Shown here: piece after piece, positions 33,046 to 46,292 of the stretch | How the letters are laid out: each line of letters begins with the position of its first letter | How positions within the stretch are numbered: position 1 is the stretch's first letter | Assembly (NCBI GenBank): GCA_002269645.1 | Contig: NIVC01000158.1 | Location: 558,001-622,000, forward strand | DNA from: Macrostomum lignano | Taxonomy: Eukaryota | Reading direction: 5' to 3' | DNA length: 64,000 nucleotides | The notes under the pieces: generated by a model | Told to the model about the DNA's origin: nothing | What the model saw: the letters and a program-made list of their open reading frames with translations, nothing else | Databases searched by the model: none | Made by a program: the position numbers and the translations under genes

Positions 33046-33187
33046 CCAATGCGCTTCGCGCATTGGCTGGCTGTTTGTTCCTCATGCTCGGCACTTTGTG
33101 CCTCGCGCGTTCGCTCCGCTCACCCCACAAACCCAATTCGCGCGTGTCCTTGGGTTTGTGGGTTTCGCGGAGCTCACTGGGAACTAG
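33046..33187 (+). other. Two GC-rich hairpins followed by CTAG (Helitron-like 3' terminus)
   Basis: Hairpin 1 CCAATGCGC-TTC-GCGCATTGG at 33046-33066. Hairpin 2 has a 12-bp stem CCCACAAACCCA / TGGGTTTGTGGG (33124-33162) with an outer GCTCCGC / GCGGAGC stem. CTAG at 33184-33187. Confidence 0.45.
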
Positions 33188-33736
33188 ATTTGATTACACT
33201 ATATGTATAAACAGGATGATGTAATATAGAACATCTACCCATCCTATCTCTATCTTTATTTCTCAGCTAGCAAATAAACAGTTTTAAAAGAAAAAACTGC
33301 ATATTTACTCAATAGATAAACTATCAATAGACAAAGGGATTATTACAAATCAATAGTTATCCATGAAGATTCACATGCTAGGAAAGACAAGCTGCAAAAT
33401 CTTAGCTTGGTGGCAATTGGCAGCATGATAAATTAATATTGTATTGCATTATTCTAAAGACTTGTTGCCATTCTATTAGGCAGAATATTAGAAATATTTT
33501 AAATAGAAAAAAGAACATGTCAATCTCTATTGTATATCTTAGGTATACCTAAGCATATTGCTTTTATATTTCTTAAGGCCTCCCTATTACTAGAGTCAAG
33601 ATCATACTATATATAAACCAAAAGCTATATTTTTATGCATGGCATGTTATGCAAAATACACAAATATACCAATCTTTATTCTATCAGAATATTCTATTCT
33701 ATATAGACTATCATAGATACAAAATATATGATGCAA

Positions 33737-34012
33737 CATACATGCGCAACTGCTGGCTGACCTGGCTGATCTAGCCACCATAAATTGTGGTGGACCAGGG
33801 GTAAGTCGCAAAAATGCCACCACAAAGAATACAGACATAGTACTAATTAGATGCCGAGGCATTTAGGCTTGATAAGACAGTCATAGTTACTCCTGCTGTT
33901 TACCCAAAATGCGTTAATTTTGCTTTAGGGTTTCTTTCACAGGTAAGTTGCATTTTTGGTCAAAAAAGTAAGTCGCATGGGCAGTGTAAATCAGGGGGGT
34001 TGCGCATGTATG
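33737..34012. mobile_element. MITE with 14-bp TIR CATACATGCGCAAC, copy 1
   Basis: Perfect TIRs. The flanks TGATGCAA and CGATGCAA are a 7/8 match for an 8-bp TSD. The interior is homologous to copy 2 in inverted orientation. Confidence 0.85.
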
Positions 34013-34985
34013 CGATGCAACAAAAGCTTTCACTATATTACACTGACTTAACAGTATAAATCAAGCACTTAGTCACTAAAAATTTAAATCAGCCATAACA
34101 ATCAGCTGCCAATGCTCAACAAGATTCTTAATTTTTATTCAAAAATTAGTGTCCTAGCTAAAAAATAGACCATTATAATAGCCTTGTGTTCTTTATTAGA
34201 ATGGAAAGATTTGTTAGTATAAAATCAATATAAAAATGTAATAGAATGGAACAATGTGTTAAGACTATAAGATAAATGAGATAGAATGCCTTACCTTAGC
34301 TTAGCCAATGTCTTACATGTCCTATATTCAAGAAGATGGTCATTGCTATAGAAAATTCTAAGAATATACAAGGGCTAAAAATGCACTCAGAGTATAATCA
34401 TAATATACACAAAGGGTCCCTGATACATTAGACACATAATCAATAATCACATCATAGCTTAAAGATCTCTTGTGTATGCAGCACACAACTTTTTGATGAA
34501 ACTAACTAAAAACATGTAATTTTTGTTAGTCTAACTTGCATTTCCAAATGTTAATTTCTATAGACTATATATGTTTATAGACTATATTGGGATATTTCAA
34601 TGAATATATACTTTTATTATAGGTAGTTTTTAGTAGGGTTTTTTTAAACAAAATAAAAGTAAATAATACTGATAATTTATTAGTAAAGTATAAAACAAAA
34701 AAATTAATATTGACATTGTACAAAATTACTAGTTATTCAAAACTAAAAAGTATTAAAATTCTATAAAGTTCTAGGGCAAATAGAATGCGTTTTAAGTACA
34801 ATATATTTTGCACATTTTTTACACTTGGCAATACATTTATTTGTTTTAAATGTCTTTATTTTTAACCTAAACCTAAGCTTTATTAGGCACAGTCTTTAAT
34901 GAGATAATATTAACCAAAAGATCTAGTTGACAGTTTTATAAGTTAGGCCTACAACATAGGAATAGCATATAGATAGTACATAGAT

Positions 34986-35282
34986 CATACATGCGCAACG
35001 TCCAAAATTCGGTCGGCCGTGCGACTTAGTTTTAACAAAAATGCGACGTAGTTTTTGGCCAAAAATGCGACTTACATGTAAAAAAACCCTAAAGCAAAAT
35101 TAACGCAACTTTGGGTAAAAGGCGGGAGTAACTATGACTGTCTTATCAGGCAAAAATGCCTCGTCAGCTACTTAGTACTACTGCGTGGGTATTTTTTGGG
35201 TGGGCATTTTTGCGACTTCCTTGGTTGGCTGCCAAATCAGTCGGCCGGATCGGCCGACTCGGCCGACTGTTGCGCATGTATG
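34986..35282. mobile_element. MITE with 14-bp TIR CATACATGCGCAAC, copy 2
   Basis: Perfect TIRs and a perfect 8-bp TSD ACATAGAT (34978-34985 and 35283-35290). Confidence 0.9.
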
Positions 35283-36000
35283 ACATAGATTATCTTCCAA
35301 AAGTTTTATATATACTATGCCAGCTTTCTAACTATAGCATCAGTTTAAAAATTTATAAGGCCTAGCATTATTTTATAGCAAAAGTAGAAATTTTGTTTAT
35401 AATCTATTTTTTGGCCAAAATACTAGAATTTTTTAAAATAGGAATTGAGAAGCTTATTGGCATTAAATAAATGATTATTAAGATTGATAAAGATTATTTT
35501 AGTGATTAAGTAATTATTTATTTGATTTCTATTATTGTTAAACAAATATAACTATACATTTTGGAATACAAATAATACATTACTATTATACCTTATATAA
35601 AACTAAAGGTTTGTATAAATGTAAATAAATTAAACTTTATGTTTTCTTATTTATATGTTATCCATGGTCTGGATCATTCAGGGTGTATGCTCAAACAAAA
35701 ATTGAAAGGTTACAAATACATGCCAAAAAACTTTAAGTGCACACCTATACTCTTAAATCTATGCCAATATTACAATAATAATAAATTACCTTTTTGCATT
35801 GCCTAAAGGACCCTTTTTGGCTGATTTTATATTTTTATTAGTCAAGATTTCTTTTTGCCTTTACTATTTAATATTTATAGTGAAAACTGATACATATAAA
35901 CATTTGTCTAAATGGTATATTACAACCTTAAAAACTAGAAAGCTTTAAATTTATGCTTAAAAATCAACTTTTTTAAATCTTTTTTTCTACTCAACACTAA

Positions 36001-36410
36001 CTCTTCTGTGTGATTCTATGCTTTGCATGCCAGGAATGCATGCACACTATTTTCTTAAGAGTCTTACATGCCAGCTGTATACATCTAACTTTTGGCATGC
36101 AAGGCCAATACACACCAAATATTTTTGGATATATACTCTACACTATGGATCATGTAATATATGCCTAAAAATTTAGGTGTGCATTGGCCTTGTATGACAG
36201 AATAGGCATGCACAATTGGTGTATATCATTCTTAAGAAAATAGTATACATGCATACTATACACTACAGATCATGTAGTATACATATAAAAATTTGGGCAT
36301 GCATTTGCCTTGCATACCAAAAGTAAGTGTGCACATTTGGCATGCATCACTCCAAAGAAAACAATATGCATGCACATCTGATGTGCACTTTATAAAATCA
36401 TGCTAAAGAG
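36001..36410. mobile_element. Foldback/MITE with (T/C)TAA-CTCTT...AAGAG-TTAA ends (piggyBac-like)
   Basis: Left end AACACTAACTCTT versus the reverse complement of the right end, AACATTAACTCTT. The interior is built from diverged inverted GCATGCA-rich units. Confidence 0.5.
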
Positions 36411-36824
36411 TTAATGTTGGGCCTAATTAGAAAAAAAGATGAAAAAAGTTCATTTTTAAGTGTAAATTACAAGTTTTTTGGGGTTTTTTAAGCTTGCAAT
36501 AAGGCATTCTAATAAATCTTTATATATATTGATTTTTTACTGTGAATAGTACTGCTAAAAAAGCATAAAAATCAACTAAATTATCTACCAAAAAGGTTTT
36601 TTATGCAATACAAAAAGGTCAATTATGGTCATAATATAAAAAGGTCATTTAATATTTATTTTATTTATTGTCACAACACAGGCATAATTTTGGGAATAGA
36701 TGTGCACACAATTTTCTTGGCATGCATTTGTAATTAGGGGGCCTATTCAATTTTTGTTTAGGCATATACCTTGGATAATGATCTGTGACATATACTATAT
36801 GATTTAATATGGTGTGTTATAGGT

Positions 36825-37017
36825 CAGTGTTTCTCAACCTATGGGTTGCAATCCCTAGTGGGGTTGCGTGACCATTTTCTGGGGGTTGTAGCACTAATAA
36901 ATGTGAGTATATCATACTTAATGATGCATTATTTTGACTATAAAAGGGGTTGGGAACATTGGAAAATGATGCAAATGAATAAATTAGGGTCGCCTAAAAA
37001 AAGGTTGAGAAGGCCAG
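36825..37017. mobile_element. Degenerate hAT(Charlie)-type MITE
   Basis: Starts CAGTGTTTCTCAACC and ends GGTTGAGAAGGCCAG (partial inverted match). No TSD is retained. Confidence 0.55.
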
Positions 37018-39512
37018 TTGTTAAGGCCAATACCAAAGTAAATCCTAAGATCTTATAAATATGCTTATTTCCATATACTAAAATTGTATGCTAAGTATAT
37101 ATACCAGTTGTTCTAAATAAATATTTGAAATTTTTAGTATATAAATATGAGATATGATCTTAAATATACTCTGTATTATTTTTCTTTTACCTTTTATTTC
37201 AACAAAGTTGAAGACAAAGTAATAAATAGGTCATAAATGCAATTTTTCAAATTAAATTACTTCTTTATAAATCCATGTGACATAAACATATTGTGGAGCA
37301 GTATTGCAGATTATCAATTAGACAGTTGATGCAAAAAGTATTGACTTAGCCGAAGCCATTAGGAAGCTAGCTGGCAAGTCAAAATATTAACTTAATGGAT
37401 CTCTTAAATCTCTCAATCTCTGTGGCCAGTAAGTTACAGTACTGTTACTGTTACCGTTACTGTTATTGACCAGGGCCTAGAAAAGATAGGGCTTATAAAA
37501 ACACAGAAAAAATCGAAAAAATACGAGATAAAAGTCACAAAGAAACACAATAAACGCGAATATCCATCTTTAAACTAAGACAGAACGCTAAACACTAACA
37601 GTAATCATGAAATTTCTTAGTCATCATGAAGACTAAGACTAGTAGAAGACATGTAGAAGAAAATTTTAAAAAACCTATGCTGTCTAAAAATCTGAGGTGG
37701 GGGTGGAGAAGAATTTAAAATTAGATAATGGGGTTGTTCGGGTTTCTTCGAAACCGGTTAGCGTTGCGTTCGCACGAATTAAGCCGGAAAAATCGCGCAG
37801 GTGAATCTCAACGAATTTCTTCTCCTTTTACTCCGACGGCCGGGGTCCTCAAATTCCGGGGGAGGGTAGTTGTAATCGTAGCGGAGCGGTCGTAGAGCGG
37901 CACGGTCGTTCAGTTGTAGAAACACAGGAGATTCTGACTCCGTAAATTAATGCGTCGATGAGTTGAACTTGTTGCTTTTAGTAGGGTAGTTGCTGCCACC
38001 ACCGTAATTCACGTATTACGGAACGTCTAATGGTCTCAGAGCTTTCTTTGAGATGAGACTTCGGTTATTTTACGCCCCACGGGCAAAGGATTCAAGATAG
38101 GCTATGGCTTAAATCAACGGATAAGGAGTAGTTAATATTTAATTCGTCGGACGTCGGCGTTATTTGTTTATTAATTATAATTCATTAAGATGTTTTGTTA
38201 GCAGGCGTTGGAAATTTATTTTTGTTGCGAACGAGAAAAAAATGGGGGGCGACGACGGATGCCGAGACAGCGCAATGAATAAAATTAACTAAACTAAACG
38301 AGGAGAGAGCGAAGGAAGTAAGAAACATCGCGGCAGAAACCGAAACTTAAATAAGAAAATACATTAAATTCAATCCCAGGGCGGGGGTTGGGACGGATGA
38401 CAGGACAACAGGGTGGGCGAGCCCGTGGGCAACCGGATGGACCAAAAAAATCGCAACACACAAGGTAGCAAAATTGGGAAAAATCAACAAAAGGAAAACA
38501 CATTCCAACGGCAGGGCAAACCGAAGGGACAACCATAGGAGAACTCAAAACAACACCGGGAAAAAAGGAGACACAACCGTGGGAAAAGTAAAAAGGAAAA
38601 AATTTCCGGGAATTGGGAGTCGAATTCAATTAAAATTGTTATTATTGTTATTAGACGTATTAAAGTTTTAGTGGCAACCCACCTGCCACAAATCTAAAAG
38701 ACCTAAAACAAAAAAAAGAAAAATCTTATGGATTTCGGAGAAAATGAGCGTTTTTTCTTAGAAACGAGCTGTCCTATTTCAAACGTCGTCATTTAAAAAA
38801 AGAAGTCGGCTGAATTAACTGGGACCTGAATATTGAATAATCTGGCAACTTGAAAATAAATGGGCTATGATTTCTCCTACCCAGTCCTTTAAATGGACCC
38901 TCATTTTTATTTTAGCAGGTGACAAGTCTTAGAACAAAGCTCTGACAGAGTAAAGCAAGAATCGAAGAAGTACAATGTGGCACAATCAATGGCACACGAC
39001 TGCCTGTCAAGAAGGCCCCAACTACTAGCGACATAACAACTATTTCTCGGCTCTTGGTAGAATTTTTTTGACTTGAGACTTTTCTCGGCAAAGCGCCAAG
39101 CCAGTTGGGACCAGCAGACGCGCAGCAGAGAGGGTTTACTGGATCGAGACTGACTCTCATCGCTTGACTTGTTCGAAGGCTGTTTCATCGCTATACTGAC
39201 ATTCTTGGGAGTAGAAGAGTGCGGGAGTGCAATTTCATGTACGATTATTTAAGGCAAATAGACTAGTATTTGTAAAAAGGAATCACGTCAAATGAAAGTA
39301 AGTTATAATAATATAAAGAATTGCGTCAAAAACTGAACTCTGCTTTTAATCTCTTGATCTCTTGATAGAATTCTTCTTAAGGCATTCGCTGGCTTTAATC
39401 CAGCCTAATTACGAGTAATAATCGTAAAAATGCTCGTGCTATTATACTGTTAAGTCTCCAAAAGGAATTTAGCGCTAAACCATGATAACTATATTAGTTA
39501 ATGCATGCGTAC

Positions 39513-39986
39513 ACACGGAGCGCTACAAGGAGTGCTACACGGAGTGCTACACGGAGTGCTACACGGAGTGCTACACGGAGTGCTACACGGAGTGCTACAC
39601 GGAGTGCTACACGGAGTGCTACACGGAGTGCTACACGGAGTGCTACACGGAGTGCTACACGGAGTGCTACACGGAGTGCTACACGGAGTGCTACACGGAG
39701 TGCTACACGGAGTGCTACACGGAGTGCTACACGGAGTGCTACACGGAGTGCTACACGGAGTGCTACACGGAGTGCTACACGGAGTGCTACACGGAGTGCT
39801 ACACGGAGTGCTACACGGAGTGCTACACGGAGTGCTACACGGAGTGCTACACGGAGTGCTACACGGAGTGCTACACGGAGTGCTACACGGAGTGCTACAC
39901 GGAGTGCTACACGGAGTGCTACACGGAGTGCTACACGGAGTGCTACACGGAGTGCTACACGGAGTGCTACACGGAGTGCTACACGG
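39513..39986. repeat. Perfect 12-bp satellite (TGCTACACGGAG)n
   Basis: About 38 identical copies, with variant units only at the left edge. Confidence 0.98.
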
Positions 39987-41005
39987 CATGACAGATTAGG
40001 CATTAGTTATCCTCCTATACTAATTGGATACCTTGTATGTATTCTTCTTAATGTTACTTTTGTCCAAAATATATCGTGTGAAAGAGTATCATGTTATCGT
40101 GGCTTGTTTGAGGCAAAATGCACAACATAAGCAAAGACACGCGAATTTCTCTTGGTTAAACGGGTTTTGGACAGGATACACACACTGTTGTTGTGGAAAG
40201 ATATGTCGCTGGTCAGGTGATGCACTATAAAGGGAAACTCGTGAATTTCGTCTACTAAAGGAAGACACGACCTCCAATTAAATGGGAAGTTTCGGGCAAG
40301 CACATGGGAACAGAGAGCTTTTAATTAACCCCTTCGTTTCACCTCGGCGAGTAAGGGAAAGGAAAGCTGTGACCAGTGCTCTTACTTCTTACTGTGAAAA
40401 AGGAACGAAGCGAAAAAGAGGTAAGCCCATATGCAGTGCGTTGCGAGTGCGAGTATGAGGTGAGACTGAGACGACATCGAGAAAAATCTCTTCTCGATTC
40501 TAACGGGGGCGCAGAAGGATTACTAAGCGGTAAGTCCCATTAGCTAGTGCGATTATTACTCGAACGTTCATGACATGAAATCGGCTGATTGGTCGGGTTC
40601 AGACAGGCTCGAGCAGGAGACTGGAACTCAGGGAAGTTAAAGCAGAATAAGCTATGAGCAGGCAGTGGGGGAAGAAACTGTAAAAAGGGAGATTAGGCGA
40701 TCTGGAACGTGACTGGTCGTTGATGGTGAACAGAAAGAGGGGACGAGAGACAGGAGCCGAGCACATGAACGCCCATAGTAATTCGACACTGAGCAGCGCG
40801 TCTTCATTAAGGCGTTGCCCGCTCGCAGTCTTTTTCTTTCTCTCTGCTTTCATCGGGCCGGTCGAGAAAATCGGCTTGTTTTTTAGCTGAGGTGAAAGAA
40901 TCTTACAAGAAACGGGAGCTGTTCGAGAGTCGATAAGTGAACTGAATTTATTGTACAAATCCTAGAGGGAATTTTCACCGTAAGCGATTGTAACTGTAAG
41001 CAGAC

Positions 41006-44000
41006 ATGGGCAACGGAGCTAGCAGCACTCGCTACATCTACTTGGATGTAAATGGTCACTCAGAGACGGTTAGTCCTGGTTCCTGTTTATTTAAAAGTAT
41101 CGATTCTCTTTTTACATATTGAGTCACACATTGAGTCACATGTTCCGTCCCGCCCGGATTCTGCAGATCCTGTTCAGCCCACACAGCTCCTCGCAGGACA
41201 TCCACGACCTAATCTGCCAGGTTGCGCAGGTCCGCAGGGCCTCGAAGATATCGTTGAAATCGCGCAACGGCTGCCACGTGCCAATCGTGCCATCCATGCC
41301 GCAGAATTCCGTCGAGTGAGTTGACCGACAGACTGGCAGTGCTGTTGAAATCTCTGTTGAAGTGATTAGATTCGGTGTCAAAGGTTTACGTGGTACCATC
41401 GAACAATAATGTCACTTGCCTATTATGAAAGAAACACATGTACTGCCCCCCCCCCTCGCAGCTCCCCTTACACCGTCAGCGTCACGAAACCAGCGGATAC
41501 CGAGTCCGAGGTGCAGGCGCTCACCGCAGTTCTCAGCAAAGTGGGTGAACAGTTCAACCGAGCCTTCAAAATGGAAAACTTCAGGACGGAGCTGGATAAA
41601 AGACTGAATATGATCGAGAAGCGACTAGAGGGTAGGAGAATTGCGCTGTTTAAAAGCTAAATAAAAGCACAGAATATCGCACTATATTGTTGCTACGCGT
41701 CTATACTTCCCTGACATGCGTATCATGTTTTTAAATACCTCCCCCACAGCCGAGTCGCTAAAGCTGGTTGAGATTGAAAAGTGCAAGAAGGACATCAGCG
41801 AAGTTCGCGACCAGGTGTGGCAGCATGGCCGGAAGATCAATCAATCGCCGAGCAAGAATCTGTGAGTTGCAATTTTTTCCTCTGAAAACCAATCTGTCTC
41901 AATTTCAAACCGAATGCACGCCAGCATTTTCAAAAAATAAGATTTGGATCAAAAGTTTAACGTTGTAAAACTCAGACATTTGATTTCTATTTTAATTTTA
42001 GCAGCCAGATTCAGCAGTTGCTCTGCTCTGTCAATGGTGAACTGATTAAAGTTACCGATGCTAGGCGAAATGCGCCTCTCTACGCAAAGGTGCTATTTCT
42101 GTACTGAAAAAAAGAAACAATAATAAGAATTCGATAAGTCCAATTGCTAGTAGCATAGTTTTAAATAGCTTATTAATAGTTATTACCGTTATGAATGTAT
42201 TGTGCTGCATTAGTACTAGATATCACTGCTGACCAGATGATACAGCTTTCATGCTCGCTTTGCCCCACGCGACATGCAGAATGCCAGCGCCAGCGCAGGA
42301 GGCTGAGAATGTTCTCGTGACAGATGAGAGCGGCATCAAATTTGTTAGTCTAAAGCGCGTTCCCGCCTTTCAGAAGGTATGCCTTAATTTAGCGATGAAG
42401 TAACCACTTCAGTGAAATAACCGAACTCCATATATGTACCGCGAAGTGTTCACGAAATGAAGTCATAGTTGAATTTTTGTATTGTTGTGTATTTCACTTG
42501 CTTTGTTCCTATGGTTGTACTTGCAGGTTACACTTTGATGTCAGCTTTTGTCCGCTTCTTAGAAAGTCCATATAAAGATATTTGTCTTACAACACCGCTG
42601 TTTATAAGCAACTTGGAAAATATAGCGCACCAAATTCATACGGATCATTTCAATGTCGTTTTGCAGTACATTCTAACGCAAGAAACAGTCGAATATCTGA
42701 AGAAACCAACATTTGACATCTGGCACTGGGAGCCAAATGAGGTCAGAATTCTTTAATTAATGCATTAAAGTACGCTCGTATAAATACATCTGAAATGACC
42801 TTCGCATTTAATATTAATTATTTCAGATGCTGAGCTTGATGGAGCATATGTACCATGAGCTGGGGCTGATGCAAGAGTTCAACATCAACCCAGTCACGCT
42901 GAAGAGATGGCTTGTGAGTTATGATCTGATCATTTCTTGGCTTTAAGTTGCAGAAGTACACTGGTGCATCGGTTTGACCAACCCATTTGTCCGCAGCTGT
43001 GCATTCAAGTCAACTATCGAAACAACCCGTTTCACAACTTTCGGCACTGCTTCTGCGTCTGCCAGATGATGTACGGCATGATCCACCTTACCGGCCTCAA
43101 CAACCAACTGCCCAAGGAGGACCTCGGTATTTTGATCACAGCCGCAATCTGCCACGATCTAGACCATCCGGGATACAACAATACCTACCAGATTAATGCC
43201 CGCACCGAACTGGCTATCAGGTACAACGACATTAGTCCCCTGGAGAACCACCACTGCGCCGTGGCCTTCCAGATACTCAACAACCCTGAGACGAACATCT
43301 TTGCCAATGTGGACAAGGACACGTTTCAGCGCATTCGAAAGGTGAAATTTATTCAGCGAATTAATGCATGAAGACTCAATTCCTAACAGAACGTACTGGT
43401 CTATCATAGCTAAATATTGAATGTCAAGAATTCAAGCTTCATGCCCATTTCAGCAACTAGATAAGCAAGAAAAAGCGAAATGACAGCATGATAATTAATT
43501 CTGCCATCGAACATACGAGCTATTGATATAATTTCGAAATTATAGGCCTTTCTCGCTCCCTACTCTTGCAGGGCATGACAATGCTAATTTTGGCCACCGA
43601 CATGGCCAGACACGGCGAGATCTTAGAGAACTTCAAAAAAAGAATCGAAGAAGGATTCGACTTCGCCAAGAAGGAACACACAGACACTGTGAGTTGCCTA
43701 TGACGTTTCTCAGACTTAGCTGATGTCAGCAGCCACGTGACAAGAGGCTAGAAATATATCCTATCAGTGCTTGACAAATAATCAATAGTCATGTGACTTA
43801 GCAGCCTTTACGGAACTACTCGTAGTAAGAATGTGCATATTTTCTTGTAAATCTACTACGTAACTATTTTAATTGCGGATTCTAATTTTCGATCGATCTT
43901 ACATCTAGCTTAAGATGGTCCTCATCAAATGCTGCGACATCTCGAACGAAGTTCGCCCTCTGGAGGTCAGCGAGCCATGGGTCGACTGTCTGCTTGAGGA

Positions 44001-44569
44001 ATACTTTAATCAGGTAAAAATTAAATGATTACAGCTGTATTCATGTTCATAAACCTACAACGCCCCGCAATGTTACCGTTTCAGTCGGACCGGGAAAAGA
44101 TCGAGGGCTTACCGGTGGCGCCGTTCATGGACAGGGAGAAAGTGACCAAGCCGACCGCTCAGATTGGCTTCATTCGCTTCGTCCTGATCCCCATGTTCGA
44201 GGCCGTAGCCAAGGTGAGAGTTTTGACAATGGCAGTTGCTAGGATGACTAAATTAACCGATAGGAGGATTGGGTCAATCCAAAATACTGCTAGTACAGAT
44301 CAAAATGAGTCGTCTCGGTCTGAACTTAATTCCCACGCCTCGTAGATCTTCCCGCCAATCACGGAGTCGCTAGTCCGCCAGCTGAAGAGTTCGCTGCAGA
44401 AGTACGAAGCATTAAAGGAAGAAGAAGAGAAGCGAAGAAAAGCTGTTCAGGTTAGCAGAATTTGGCAACTGCTTGCATTACTATTGTTTAGTAGTAACGA
44501 AGGTGATTTTTTAAATTTTGGCTTTCATTCGCTTTTTAGGATCAGCAGCAGCAAGGAAAAGCGACTTGA
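41006..44569 (+). CDS. PDE9A: High-affinity cGMP-specific phosphodiesterase 9, ~525 aa. Exons: 41006-41068, 41167-41315, 41462-41631, 41750-41861, [42002-42089 or 42280-42376], 42667-42741, 42827-42913, 42997-43341, 43572-43688, 43909-44013, 44085-44213, 44346-44450, 44540-44569
   Basis: N-terminus [17 protein letters not shown] (myristoylation-type). Motifs [110 protein letters not shown] match PDE9 as recalled. All junctions are GT-AG and in phase. Confidence 0.96.
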
Positions 44570-46292
44570 TCTGTCCGTGACCCGTGACGGGATCATTGTT
44601 TCAAATCAACAAACTTATTAATTTTGCAGAAGTTCATTTGTGTTACACTTGAGCACCGTTAAGCACATATTGGTGTTATATTGCAATTTTGTTCCCATAG
44701 CACGAGAGACCAAACTAATATTTTTACCCGTTTTGTTGTAGAAGAGTACAGTGTACACTTGTACTCTATTAATACTCGTAATTGCCCGATTTTCGCTAAA
44801 CGTACATTCGGGTTTGCAACAGCGAGTAGCATGCATCTCTGCTGACAAAGCAGGAGTCACTATACTTGAGTCTTAGGCGCCCTTAATCTCTTTTTTTCTA
44901 TATAATGTCTTGCTCTATCAATTTTCTAGTTTACTCTTACTCCTTAGGCACCGTTGCGTGTTGAGATAAAAAGCTAGTCCCCGCCAACCCCGCACGACAA
45001 TCCTGAATTCGTCACAGGCTTTAATGTTTTATACTCGATCTCAACGATCAGTTCAATCGATACTCGTAGATATCAAAATTTTATAACTTTGTTTGTTAAT
45101 TATCTTATCTTCTACTAATGACGAATCTGGACAGAAACTGTGAAAATATTGTTACCTATTTTACGCTCGCATTATTCAGAAATCCACTTCGAATTCGACA
45201 ATGATACAATTTCGCGGTGATCCAGCAAAACCATGTAACCCTGATTCTTGGTTTTTGTGAATCAAGAGAGGAACGAAAGACCTGTTTCGTTTGCTGGAAG
45301 CTGTTTTCCTCGATTGTAACCATTCATCAGTTCTTTCGCTTCGGTAACGTCTCTCCACATGGCAAACTGTCGTGGCCTGGCTCTGCCTCTGCCTCTGACG
45401 TATCACTTTTCACTGAATAATAATACCACCCAACTCTCTCACGCATGCCACGTCAGGCTAAGGTCTGCGGCCTGGTGAAAACTTTGTTCAAGCCCCGCAG
45501 CTATTTGAATCATTTGGTGCAAAGCGAAGGCCAAGTGAAATTAAATACCCACGCCTGTTCTGCTTAATGCGCCGCGGATTTAGCTACAGAATCTCTATGT
45601 ACGTCAAAAGCAGGTCGAAATGCCCCCCTAGTGCTGCTTTTGCTGCAAAAGCAACTAGGGCGCATGCTTTGGGGTTCCATTGCTTGGGAATGTTGGTGCC
45701 TGGTGAAACTAAATCTCTGCTGTTCAGAATTCACACCCCCCTCTCTCTCTCTGACGCGCACACGAGAACGCCTTGCGCAAGGTGGGTCTCCACTCTGTCA
45801 TTTTGGTTAGGAAAGCAAAGACGAGAGCCGAGTTTCGCTTTCTATGCATAATAGAATAAGCTGCATATTTCGATACACATGCTGCATAAACACTGCACGC
45901 TTCTCAGGTTCCATTCCTATACTGGTGGTCTCATGCCAATGTACAATAATTATGCAGAAACCGACGCTCGAATATATATATACAAATAATGAAACGTATA
46001 TTTCCCATGGGGTGATTCAGTATTAACACAACAACAACGAAGAAGTCGATCCTGATCCAGAAAATTTTCTGTGGGGGTCAAGCTAAACAAATCAATTCAC
46101 CTTAATATCGAATGGCACGGGCAAAATCTTACAGCCGGTCCGCCGCTGCTTACTCGACCTTGGTGCAGACAAAGACACCAGCAGCCGGTCGACGAAACCT
46201 CGAGTTTTTTCCTGCCATCATCTCTGCTCCCTCTAGCTCTGTCCCTCCTCCCTGTCGCTGTCTCTCTATCTCTTTTTCTCGTCTCATTACTC

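Noticed and set aside
37460-39200. GC-richer island with short ORFs (38294-38629, 38907-39188)
   Set aside because: No recognisable protein motif, TIR, LTR or splice-consistent frame. It may be a decayed element but I cannot support a call.
39482-40130. Overlapping ORFs in most frames (ECYT, RSAT, GVLH, RVAL, PCST)
   Set aside because: The 12-bp unit simply lacks stop codons; there is no splice or codon evidence for coding.
42469-42756. ORF extending upstream of PDE9 exon 42667
   Set aside because: The upstream part is intronic read-through; homology starts at the AG acceptor (YILTQETVE).
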